A DNA stretch of 31,581 nt from a virus. Position numbers and translations under genes: made by a program. The stretch lies in UHGV virus genome UHGV-1546770; one strand, written 5' to 3'. Below the pieces are notes generated by a model. That model had not been told where the DNA came from, searched no databases, and saw nothing but the letters and a program-made list of their open reading frames with translations. Shown in pieces: positions 6,735 to 15,520 of this stretch (within the stretch, counting starts at the first letter, position 1; every line of letters begins with the position of its first letter).

Positions 6735-8282
6735 TTACATTTTCTTCTTAAGTACACCAATTTCTTTCCAAACATTTCCGTCCATATCTACTTCAAAGCA
6801 GATCAAATCATTCTTAGAACCAACTCTGTTCTTTACAATTCTTAATCCAACATAATTTTTATCATATCTTAAATCATGTTCTATTGGCTCTCCCCAAGTA
6901 TCATCTTCACAGACATATACATATTTTTGCTTGTCGTCTGCTGTTAGGTGTTTCCACATTTGCATTTGGTCAGTAACATGCATCATTCTCTTTGAACTTG
7001 CGATCTCTTGAGAATTTAAGTTTTCAATGGGGATATCATGCGCTGAATCTGTAAGCTGGAAAGTACAAATACAATACATTTTTGTTTCATGAATCCACTC
7101 TGTAATTTTTGTAGCAGTTGCGGCTAACTTTGCAAAGTCTTCAAGTCCAGAACATTTAAGTGTATCATATGCTACACCATCACACTTGTAAATTGTATTG
7201 GCTTTTTTGATTTCCATTTCAAGCACTTCATCTTCATAGCAAGAGCCGATATTCTTAAACAAGAATTTGCCACTACTTTCAGATTCAACCCATTGCATAA
7301 TTCGTTGCACCTTACGATATTCAGAAGATGTTTCATAAATTCTCTTTTTATAAGACTCTTCATCTTCTGTATACACACCATTATCATCCATTTGTCTATA
7401 GATATACTTTCCGTTATCATCTTTATATGATCCGAGTGCAATTTCTCTTTCTGGTTTATAAATATCTTTAATTCCATGTAGCTCTTGAATCTCTGGAGAA
7501 TTAATGCATGTAACTAAGAAGTTCAATTTAATGCTCTCTGCTGACATTTCGTTTGCAAGCAATAGAATTTTTTGCTTTTGAACAAGGACTAGATACGCAA
7601 TAAGATAAACGAGATTTCTGCCCTTACCACTATTGCTCAAAGCTCCTGTCATCAAAACGTTTCCGGGAAGTAATCCTCTATAATACTTCTGAAGATATGG
7701 CCATGGCCCAGCAACACCCATAGATGGCATGCACAAGAATTGGTCAATACATGAAACTGCGTTCTCTGTAAGAACAACAGGTTCATCAATTGCTTGTACT
7801 TTATTAGCTACCTTGTCAATTCGACCACGAACAATTCTACAAATATCATCTGGCGTTAATGCATTGAAATTCTTAATTGCCAAGATTTTTGATACGTCAT
7901 ATCCAGTCTCATTAAAAGCCCTTAGTAATGAAAACTTTTTAAATATTGAAAGATAATTCTTAATATCATGAGGGTCACTCATTGCCATTAATTCTTTAAT
8001 TGTCTTATATCCACCATACTGTCTGTATTGTTTAAAACGCTCTTTAGACATGCTACAGAACGTATTAATTTTCAATTCAGTAAAATCTTCAGAATATGAA
8101 ACATAATAATCAGAAAATAACTGATAAAAAAACTCACATGCCTTGTCCGAAAAATCATATTTTGGGACAATTGAGGTTCCATATGTTAGATATAATGTTG
8201 GCTCTTTATAAAATGATCCAACTACCAGCATTTCGGACTGGCTATTAGTTAATTCAAGTTCCATATTTTCACTTCCTATCAA
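6735..8282 (-). CDS. DnaB-like replicative helicase family protein (515 aa), divergent P-loop
   Basis: P-loop-like GALSNSGKGR, and C-terminal LRIVKNRVGSKNDLICFEVD resembling the DnaB-family KxRxG motif; sits in a replication-type gene neighbourhood. Confidence 0.5.
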   Translation of the reverse strand: MIGSENMELELTNSQSEMLVVGSFYKEPTLYLTYGTSIVPKYDFSDKACEFFYQLFSDYYVSYSEDFTELKINTFCSMSKERFKQYRQYGGYKTIKELMAMSDPHDIKNYLSIFKKFSLLRAFNETGYDVSKILAIKNFNALTPDDICRIVRGRIDKVANKVQAIDEPVVLTENAVSCIDQFLCMPSMGVAGPWPYLQKYYRGLLPGNVLMTGALSNSGKGRNLVYLIAYLVLVQKQKILLLANEMSAESIKLNFLVTCINSPEIQELHGIKDIYKPEREIALGSYKDDNGKYIYRQMDDNGVYTEDEESYKKRIYETSSEYRKVQRIMQWVESESSGKFLFKNIGSCYEDEVLEMEIKKANTIYKCDGVAYDTLKCSGLEDFAKLAATATKITEWIHETKMYCICTFQLTDSAHDIPIENLNSQEIASSKRMMHVTDQMQMWKHLTADDKQKYVYVCEDDTWGEPIEHDLRYDKNYVGLRIVKNRVGSKNDLICFEVDMDGNVWKEIGVLKKKM

Positions 8283-8944
8283 ATTAAGTCTTCCAAAAGA
8301 TCGCTAATATCCCCTAATCCATCATTCTGTTCAACTGCTTTAATTTTGCTATAATCAATGTTTACACTCTTTTTAACGCGACTTTGTTCCTCTTTCTCTT
8401 CTGCTTCTTTCTTTGCTTTTTCCTTGGCTTTTGAATATTTTACATAATTACTCATTAAAATAGCAAGATCATAGTTAACTCTTACCTCTCCGTCAATCAT
8501 CTTGCCATGATGCTTGTTCCATGCATTTGTTTTGTCTAGTTCTTTCTGATAGTCCTTCCACATATCAAACAATGTTTCTAAGTCAATTGGCTTGCACCGT
8601 TTTCCATTATATTTTCCAGATTGAATGTCTGCAATCATTGACCAAAAACGACGACTTAATGCCCCAACATCATAATGTGCAATCAAATACTCATTGAATT
8701 CGTCTTGCACAAAACGATGCATTAATTTCTTTTTTGCTTCTAATTCTAGTTGATCTAAATTCTGTAAGGCATCTGAATAAATGGACGAGTACCTGTTGTT
8801 TTTTAGTACTCGCCCATTACACATTGTTTTAAAACATTCAGTATGATAGCTTTTCTGTTTGTAAGAAACCATATGCATATCATTTTTTGTCAAAACAATA
8901 TCTTCCCCACAGAACGCGCATTTTCTAATTAAAGTGGCGCTCAT
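8279..8944 (-). CDS. hypothetical zinc-ribbon protein (221 aa), possible replication accessory factor
   Basis: N-terminal CAFCGED...HTEC ribbon; K/E-rich C-terminus; 4-nt overlap with the helicase gene start suggests coupling. Confidence 0.5.
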   Translation of the reverse strand: MSATLIRKCAFCGEDIVLTKNDMHMVSYKQKSYHTECFKTMCNGRVLKNNRYSSIYSDALQNLDQLELEAKKKLMHRFVQDEFNEYLIAHYDVGALSRRFWSMIADIQSGKYNGKRCKPIDLETLFDMWKDYQKELDKTNAWNKHHGKMIDGEVRVNYDLAILMSNYVKYSKAKEKAKKEAEEKEEQSRVKKSVNIDYSKIKAVEQNDGLGDISDLLEDLI

Positions 8945-8956
8945 TGTTATGTCTCC

Positions 8957-10033
8957 TTACTGTGAAACTACTTCAAGAATCTGGTTTAGAATAGCAATAT
9001 CTGTAACCTTGGCGAACTGGTCTGGAAGTCCTGCTTCCTTTATGGCAGCACGTTTGGCTTTCTTGTCTTCAGGAGAAAGAGATGACAGAACTCCCTTAAT
9101 TTCTGCCTTAAGGTTCTTGCATTCTTCGTCTTTTCTAATTTCCACATCCAACTCGTCTGTTTCCATTAGATCCTCTTTATGTGAATTATAATAGTCTTCC
9201 TTTTCTTTTTTCTCCTGCTTTGATTTGCTCTCAATATATTCGTCTGTTGCGTCATGAGACTTAATAGAGTTCTTAATTGCATCCTTGACAGTATCAATAT
9301 AATTCTTTGCAGAAACTTCTACTCTGTCAGCAATATCTTCAAATCTACCACCTGCATCAATATATCCATTTCCACGAAAGTACATCCATCTGCTAACACC
9401 ATCTACATGCCCATCAGTAATTTCTCTTTCAATAACACCCATCATACAAATATCTGCCTTGTTAGCAAAAATCGAATCATAATCTGTTGAAAGATTAGAT
9501 GTAAGCATCTGGTATTCATCGCCATTTTTCTCTTTAATATCCTTAATCTTAGTGTGCCCAATAAACACTAGACAGTACCCACTAGATTCTAGTCTGGTAA
9601 TAACGGAATTAATTAGCTCATCCACTTTTCTACGCCCAGCTCCATAACCTCCAAAACACGCATTAAATTCATGCTTGGTGCCAGACTTCTTATAGTCAAG
9701 ACGCACAATTTCCTTTTGAGCCATAGAAATCCATTCGTCAACGGTATCAAATGCAATAATAGAAAACGAATTTTCGTCCTTATTTTCTACTAGTTCGTCA
9801 ACGACTTCCATTAGTGTAGCCCAATCTGGGCAATCAGCAACCATTAGATTGTCAATAGCAAGATAACCTCTCTCATTTCCACAGCTAATCAATAGGCCAT
9901 GACTCATGTCGCCATATAGTTCTTTAATTAAATTTGCAAACAATGTAGTTTTGCCCCATTTTTTTGGTGCTCTCCAATAGTGGCGATAGTTAGTAATATC
10001 TACTGTTACCTCATTTTTCTTCCATAAAGCCAT
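8957..10033 (-). CDS. P-loop ATPase, RecA-like (Sak4/AAA_24-like)
   Basis: Walker A APKKWGKTT, Walker B-like SIIAFDTVDEW, and LVFIGHTK motif; K/E-rich C-terminal extension. Confidence 0.5.
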   Translation of the reverse strand: MALWKKNEVTVDITNYRHYWRAPKKWGKTTLFANLIKELYGDMSHGLLISCGNERGYLAIDNLMVADCPDWATLMEVVDELVENKDENSFSIIAFDTVDEWISMAQKEIVRLDYKKSGTKHEFNACFGGYGAGRRKVDELINSVITRLESSGYCLVFIGHTKIKDIKEKNGDEYQMLTSNLSTDYDSIFANKADICMMGVIEREITDGHVDGVSRWMYFRGNGYIDAGGRFEDIADRVEVSAKNYIDTVKDAIKNSIKSHDATDEYIESKSKQEKKEKEDYYNSHKEDLMETDELDVEIRKDEECKNLKAEIKGVLSSLSPEDKKAKRAAIKEAGLPDQFAKVTDIAILNQILEVVSQ

Positions 10034-10040
10034 AATAATA

Positions 10041-11051
10041 TCAGTCTCCTTTACCTTTTAAACTATTTATATATCTATCTAACTCTTCTTGTGTGATATA
10101 TCCTTTTTCAATTGCATCTTCCGCATACAACCAATGCAATGCCTCGCCTGTTTGTGGATGTTTATACGTATAATTTTGTTTACCTCTACAGCACTTTGTA
10201 ATAGAGCTTGGATCACATCCATATAAATTTTGTACTTCTTTTGCTCCCCAAAAAATTTGATTTAATTCTATACAATATATTCTTCTACATTTCCACCAAT
10301 TACTACCTTTACGAGAATCACTCATCTTTTTCTTTGCTTCTTCTGTGTGATGTTTCCCATACATTGGATGATTGCTTGGATTTATAAATCTTTCTTTTGC
10401 TTTTTCTGATAGATTTAATTTTTGTTCATCTGACAATTTTTTACCTAAACTGGGATGTTGTTTTCCTATCCATATATGTTTGCCTTTAGTTGTTGGATTT
10501 GCCCAATATAATTTATGTTTTTCATACCATTGTTTATATGTTTCTTCATCCATGCGTTCTTTTGGAGAAACTTTAAACTGTGGATTATTCTCGCCTACTA
10601 ATCCTGCTCTTCCATACATTGGATGATTATTTGGATCTGAAAGTCTTTCTTTTGCAGCTTTTGATATCTTTTTTCTTGTTTCTTTACTTGGAGTCCATCC
10701 TTGCGTTGTTCCTCCACCATAAACAAGATTATACCAATTGTTAGATTCAACAGCATTAAAGAAAACACTATAATTATATTCCATTTCATTTAATTCTTCT
10801 GCAGAATAAGCAATATCAATTACATTTCTTACAAAATTTTCTTTTCCATATTTGTCAATTGCTTGTTTAAATGCTGCACCACTACCAAGATATTCTTGCC
10901 AATTTCCATAGAATTTTCTTTGGCCTAAATATCTTTTGCCATCAATCAAATTCGTTGTGATATAAATAAATCCATATGGATCTTTTACTTCCGTATATGT
11001 TGTATCTTGTAGCCCATCAACGGAAGAATTCATTTCTTTTAATTCTTCCAT
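10041..11051 (-). CDS. GIY-YIG homing endonuclease with NUMOD3 repeats and NUMOD1-like HTH
   Basis: N-terminal YGFIYITTNLIDGKRYLGQ (GIY-YIG), repeated NHPMYG...K..S motifs, C-terminal ELNQIFWGAKEVQNLYGCDPSSITKCCRGK helix-turn-helix. Confidence 0.7.
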   Translation of the reverse strand: MEELKEMNSSVDGLQDTTYTEVKDPYGFIYITTNLIDGKRYLGQRKFYGNWQEYLGSGAAFKQAIDKYGKENFVRNVIDIAYSAEELNEMEYNYSVFFNAVESNNWYNLVYGGGTTQGWTPSKETRKKISKAAKERLSDPNNHPMYGRAGLVGENNPQFKVSPKERMDEETYKQWYEKHKLYWANPTTKGKHIWIGKQHPSLGKKLSDEQKLNLSEKAKERFINPSNHPMYGKHHTEEAKKKMSDSRKGSNWWKCRRIYCIELNQIFWGAKEVQNLYGCDPSSITKCCRGKQNYTYKHPQTGEALHWLYAEDAIEKGYITQEELDRYINSLKGKGD

Positions 11052-11124
11052 CTATTATCACTTCGCTGTCTATAATTTAGTATTGTCTAGGGAAGCTTTA
11101 ATTCTTCCCTAGACTTATGGATTC

Positions 11125-12201
11125 TTACCATGGCTCATCTTCGTCGTCAGATTCATCGTCGCCCCAATCATCATCCACATTGGATGTTGACTCTGCCTTA
11201 CCAGTGAAATCCTGTTCTGCTTTCTTTGATGCATTTACCTTCTTAATTGCCTCATCAATTGCCTTTTCAGTATATGTTTCTTTGTCAATAGTTGATGGCT
11301 TTGCACCTGTAATAATAAGTTCTCGATGAGTCGGTGCAAAAACTCTCTTATTGTCCATATCATTAGATTCGCCCCAGCAATCATCGTCTTCCTCATCATT
11401 CACGTCTTCAACATTATTAACAACATTGATGTGTCCATGAACCTGAATGGAATTATAAGGCTTTAGCCCACTACGCATCTGCTTTGCGAGTTTTGCATCT
11501 TCAATAATAAATTCAGCAGACTCAATAGAGTTATAATTCACAATCTTTGCATCTACCACAAATCGACCAGTTGGCTTGTCGTTTTCTCTTTCCTGATCAA
11601 TACCAACAAAAACAATTGTCTGCGTAAAATCATGAGCGGGAGCATAATCCTCCGCCTCAAAGTCAACATCATTCTGACATAGAGAAATTTGTGTTGGGAC
11701 AAACTTTGTGGTACGAGAGACTTCCCCATCTTTGTTAGTATAACTGCCAAATTCTAGATTTCCTTTAACAAAAACAGAATCACCATCCTGAAGATTCTCG
11801 CTAATGTATTCACATGCGTCATACTCAGTAAGCGTCTTGTTGTCGTTTCTTACCTTTCCGTTTTCGTCCTTGATCTTCTGAAGTCCAGTAAGCACACCAA
11901 TCATACGATAGCCTTCAGGAGCCTTCTTAATTCTGTCTTTCCATGCAATTGCCTTTGTATCAGTATTGCCAGTGTCTTTATCCTTCTTACTAAAATACAC
12001 CTTGTCACGCGGCATACCATTAAGCGTTGGGAAAATTGTCTTCTTGTCATCATACTCCACGCCAAAATTAATCATTCTGAACTCTTTGCCAGTTCTTGTC
12101 TGCTTTTCTACGTAGAAACTATCCTTTTCTACTCCGCTTACAATTCCTCTAACCTGAAAAGTTCCCTTGGTTTGTGGAAGTTCAAAAAGTTTGTTTGCCA
12201 T
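11125..12201 (-). CDS. putative ssDNA-binding protein (358 aa) with acidic C-terminal tail
   Basis: C-terminus DDDWGDDESDDEDEPW (acidic tail ending in an aromatic residue, as in SSB/gp2.5-type proteins); lies in the replication module. Confidence 0.4.
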   Translation of the reverse strand: MANKLFELPQTKGTFQVRGIVSGVEKDSFYVEKQTRTGKEFRMINFGVEYDDKKTIFPTLNGMPRDKVYFSKKDKDTGNTDTKAIAWKDRIKKAPEGYRMIGVLTGLQKIKDENGKVRNDNKTLTEYDACEYISENLQDGDSVFVKGNLEFGSYTNKDGEVSRTTKFVPTQISLCQNDVDFEAEDYAPAHDFTQTIVFVGIDQERENDKPTGRFVVDAKIVNYNSIESAEFIIEDAKLAKQMRSGLKPYNSIQVHGHINVVNNVEDVNDEEDDDCWGESNDMDNKRVFAPTHRELIITGAKPSTIDKETYTEKAIDEAIKKVNASKKAEQDFTGKAESTSNVDDDWGDDESDDEDEPW

Positions 12202-12253
12202 ATTTTATTAGTCTCCTTTTCCTATAATTTTGTATTGTTTAATAAAATAAAAA

Positions 12254-12463
12254 TTAATACTTATAATATCTTTCATCCATGACCGCATTATAATATGTGT
12301 ATTTGTCTAAAATGTCTTTCCCTATGTTCAACATATAATTTTCGTGCTCACAGCATGGACATCTCGCTTGTATATATAAATACTCAATGTAATTATTTTG
12401 TTCATCAACCTGAAAAATTGTTCCACATTTCTGGCATTGAACATTGACGCTCTTTGATTTCAT
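12254..12463 (-). CDS. hypothetical zinc-ribbon protein (69 aa)
   Basis: CQKCG...CPCCEHEN motifs; downstream of two consensus promoters. Confidence 0.5.
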   Translation of the reverse strand: MKSKSVNVQCQKCGTIFQVDEQNNYIEYLYIQARCPCCEHENYMLNIGKDILDKYTYYNAVMDERYYKY

Positions 12464-12532
12464 TCATCATTCATCCCCCTTTCTCAACAATTGAAAAGAC
12501 TATAATTTTATATTACATCTCATTACGATTGC

Positions 12533-12561
12533 ATTATACCATAACAATTGCGTCTTGTCAA
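12533..12561 (-). promoter_or_regulatory. sigma70-type promoter, exact consensus TTGACA-N17-TATAAT
   Basis: Minus strand TTGACA agacgcaattgttatgg TATAAT. Confidence 0.6.
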
Positions 12562-12735
12562 GTTTTTTATCGAAGATCGAAAAATTTTGTATTTCACTTT
12601 TACTTTATATTAATTCGCTGCTGATTATTGCGCAATTTCCATTTAACTCGATATTCGCAATTCCATTGTTCTTTTATTTTTTGTACCAATCATAACGTAT
12701 TGTGATTCTTACATTATAAATTTTTCGCTTATTTT

Positions 12736-12764
12736 ATTATACAGTACAAAATTATCATTGTCAA
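12736..12764 (-). promoter_or_regulatory. sigma70-type promoter, exact consensus TTGACA-N17-TATAAT
   Basis: Minus strand TTGACA atgataattttgtactg TATAAT, immediately downstream of the recombinase stop codon. Confidence 0.6.
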
Positions 12765-12770
12765 ATCTTA

Positions 12771-13745
12771 TTAAACCATATCATCCAAAATATTCGCGGC
12801 TTGCTGCTTTTTGTCTTTAGACATATTTGCATATCTCATAGTAGTAGCAATATTTTTATGATTAAGAACTGACGCACAAAGATAAATATCTCCAGTCTTT
12901 TCGTACAAATTAGTTGCACAAGAATGTCTCAACACATGTGGTGTAACATGCTTACTTGTCACATCCTTACTATATTTTTCTAGCATCACCCTAATGCCGT
13001 CTCTTGTAATTCTCTTTTTAAAGCTAGAAATAAACAAGGCATCTGTATTCGCCATGCTAAAATATTTGTTTCTATCCTGTAGCCACAATTCTAGCTGCTT
13101 CTTTACTCTATCGCCAAATAGAATATTACATGTTTTTCCTCTTTTTTCGATTACCTTAATAGTATTATTTTCGAAATCAATATCACCAATATCAATTTGC
13201 GTGATTGCAGATACACGCAACCCAGTAGTTAGTCCAAGCATAATAATGGCTAGATCCCTATTTTTCATCTTTTTGCTTGCAAGCTTATCAACATTTTCAA
13301 GAATCATTTGCATTTCTTTTTCTGTTAAATAAGCAACATCTGGTGTATCTTGCACTTTAGGACGTTCTGTTCTCTCCATTGGATTTTCTTTAATATAATC
13401 ATTTTCTTTAAGGAACCCAAAAAACGTATTCAATGCAGACCACTTTGTCGCACGAATACTATCACTTGTATTATAATGTCCATTGATAGTTTCTTTATTC
13501 TTCAATGCGGCAAAATATTTATTAATATCCAAAGGTGTTACCTTTTTATAAAAATCATTTGAGATTCTATTTTCATTAATAAATTCTGCAAATTCCTTCA
13601 CATATGCTACATATCTCTCAACTGTTGTATAAGATTTAGTTATACACATATAATAATAAAATTCAGAAAAAATTTTAGGAAGTCCTGTTAATTTTGCCTG
13701 CATCTTATTTGTAGCAACAATTTCCTTTTCCATTCTTCCTGTCAT
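12771..13745 (-). CDS. tyrosine recombinase / integrase (XerC/XerD-like)
   Basis: Catalytic-domain motifs TGLRVSA (Arg), HVLRHSCAT (His-x-x-Arg-His) and TMRYANM (Tyr) in the expected order. Confidence 0.85.
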   Translation of the reverse strand: MTGRMEKEIVATNKMQAKLTGLPKIFSEFYYYMCITKSYTTVERYVAYVKEFAEFINENRISNDFYKKVTPLDINKYFAALKNKETINGHYNTSDSIRATKWSALNTFFGFLKENDYIKENPMERTERPKVQDTPDVAYLTEKEMQMILENVDKLASKKMKNRDLAIIMLGLTTGLRVSAITQIDIGDIDFENNTIKVIEKRGKTCNILFGDRVKKQLELWLQDRNKYFSMANTDALFISSFKKRITRDGIRVMLEKYSKDVTSKHVTPHVLRHSCATNLYEKTGDIYLCASVLNHKNIATTMRYANMSKDKKQQAANILDDMV

Positions 13746-13747
13746 TT

Positions 13748-14230
13748 TTAACCCTCCTTAATTTTCTTTTTTCTCCATTTAACAAAAGTATATGTCGCCA
13801 ATGCCCAGATGAAAAGTCTTCCATTCAAAATTGCTGCAATGCCAATAATGAAAACATACCACATCCATCCAATAAGAAGGCAATCTGGCTTCTGCTTGTA
13901 GCAATCTTCTCCATCTTCTACCCAATGATAATATTCCTTATTATTTTTATATACTTTATTTCTATCGACAACAACGTCTCTTGTTTTTGGGGCAATAACA
14001 CTAACAATATTATTCGTAAAAGCATCAAGTGAAAACATAAAATCACATGCCGCGATATTGCTATGGACAAAACATGTATCTGATTTTTTATTGTATTTAA
14101 TAAATGTAATTTCAATTTCTGGGAAAAGTGCAACATCTTTCTTGATGAAATTTTTACATTTAAATTTTGATCCAGTGTAATATCTAGTTCCGTTATAGTC
14201 AAAGTAATCGCACATAACACCGTTGTTCAT
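13748..14230 (-). CDS. hypothetical membrane-anchored protein (160 aa)
   Basis: C-terminal hydrophobic helix WMWYVFIIGIAAILNGRLFIWALATYTF then basic tail; only 3 nt upstream of the recombinase gene. Confidence 0.55.
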   Translation of the reverse strand: MNNGVMCDYFDYNGTRYYTGSKFKCKNFIKKDVALFPEIEITFIKYNKKSDTCFVHSNIAACDFMFSLDAFTNNIVSVIAPKTRDVVVDRNKVYKNNKEYYHWVEDGEDCYKQKPDCLLIGWMWYVFIIGIAAILNGRLFIWALATYTFVKWRKKKIKEG

Positions 14231-14231
14231 A

Positions 14232-14477
14232 TTAAGACATTACCTCCTCAATAATATCAACTACTTCACTAAGCAAATCAATGCATTCTTCAAGATGTTC
14301 ACAACACTCTTCTGCCTTGCTATACCTGTCAGATCCTTGCAAATTCTCAGGCATATTATCTAGGCACTCCTGTTCTTCGTCATAAATATCTTGAATACGA
14401 CTATTAAGCTGTTCAATTTCTGTGGATAGGGTTTCTAGTTTTTTTCTGCGTTTATTATTCATAGAAAATACCTCCAT
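14232..14477 (-). CDS. hypothetical acidic coiled-coil protein (81 aa)
   Basis: Intact ORF, strongly acidic; downstream of consensus promoter at 14510-14538. Confidence 0.5.
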   Translation of the reverse strand: MEVFSMNNKRRKKLETLSTEIEQLNSRIQDIYDEEQECLDNMPENLQGSDRYSKAEECCEHLEECIDLLSEVVDIIEEVMS

Positions 14478-14509
14478 TCAAAAATTATAATTATTTATTT
14501 GTTATTATG

Positions 14510-14538
14510 ATTATAACGCTATAATTTTGTTTTGTCAA
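14510..14538 (-). promoter_or_regulatory. sigma70-type promoter, exact consensus TTGACA-N17-TATAAT
   Basis: Minus strand TTGACA aaacaaaattatagcgt TATAAT; -35 overlaps the TGA stop of the methyltransferase gene. Confidence 0.6.
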
Positions 14539-15059
14539 GTATTTTGTTGAGTTTTCTTTACCCTCCATACGGGCGCGGATTTAGTTCCACCAACTCGCTC
14601 AACAGAATCAAACATCGAAAGCAAAATCTCCTCGATATCTGTTCCTTTTAGATCCATCTTTCGAGGGCTTTGAGGATAATTACAAACAAATTCTCCATTA
14701 TTTTCCATTACTAGTTTAATTTGATTCAATGTTTCAAAAAGCATTTGCAGAGAACTCTGCACATTAAGCACATTAGAAGCGAATACGATATCATACTGTC
14801 TATTCAGTGCAAATTTATCGAGTAGTACATCTCCATTGCCAACCCATAGATCATATGCTACCACATCAAATCCTTTGCTTAGAAGATATTTTGTACTAGT
14901 AGCTCCCTTCCCCGCACCAAAGTCGAGAATTGTTTTACTCTTATCCACATTACTTTCCACCCAAAGAGGAACTATTGCACGAATCTTTCCATCCTTAATA
15001 GCCGAAGCGCCTGCACTCCGACTAGTTGCTTTTGCAATTTTGATCTCCTGAGCTGTCAT
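14535..15059 (-). CDS. class I SAM-dependent methyltransferase (174 aa), substrate unknown
   Basis: Motif I ILDFGAGKGATS, acidic post-I residue in VVAYDL, and IVFASNVLNV block. Confidence 0.6.
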   Translation of the reverse strand: MTAQEIKIAKATSRSAGASAIKDGKIRAIVPLWVESNVDKSKTILDFGAGKGATSTKYLLSKGFDVVAYDLWVGNGDVLLDKFALNRQYDIVFASNVLNVQSSLQMLFETLNQIKLVMENNGEFVCNYPQSPRKMDLKGTDIEEILLSMFDSVERVGGTKSAPVWRVKKTQQNT

Positions 15060-15090
15060 ACTTTAATGTCCTTTCTATTACAAAGCTAAT

Positions 15091-15120
15091 TAAAAAGAGA
15101 CCTGCCTATTCGTAAGTCTC
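15091..15120 (-). terminator. weak putative intrinsic terminator
   Basis: 5-bp stem GAGAC/GTCTC with large loop followed on the minus strand by TTTTT. Confidence 0.3.
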
Positions 15121-15520
15121 AATTTCTACCAACTTTAAGCCCAAGTTTATAATACTCAATATTTCTCTTAATAGAATGCTTTCTATTCAACAGAGAAAAC
15201 GCCAGTTTATGAGCTTTAATTTCCTTTTTAATTTTATTCTTAATTTTCCCAACATCATTCTCAAATCTGCACTTCCAACAATCCGTATAGTCAAACGAAT
15301 CCCAACCGTCATACGTGTAAAAGTAATGATTGGAATAAAAATTCAAACGATGATACCTTCCACAACTATCACATTTCCCATAAAACCATTCCCATCTCGC
15401 TTCATCGTGTGGAAGCTCTTCAATAAGATAATCATACTGGCCATAATCATTGTCTTCTCCCTGTAATATCGGATTCTTCCACCAATTTTCCATAATTAAT
15501 CTCCTTTTAATTAGAACCAA
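15119..15520 (-). CDS. hypothetical protein (133 aa)
   Basis: Intact ORF; CDSCGRYH...CWKC motifs. Confidence 0.5.
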   Translation of the reverse strand: MVLIKRRLIMENWWKNPILQGEDNDYGQYDYLIEELPHDEARWEWFYGKCDSCGRYHRLNFYSNHYFYTYDGWDSFDYTDCWKCRFENDVGKIKNKIKKEIKAHKLAFSLLNRKHSIKRNIEYYKLGLKVGRN

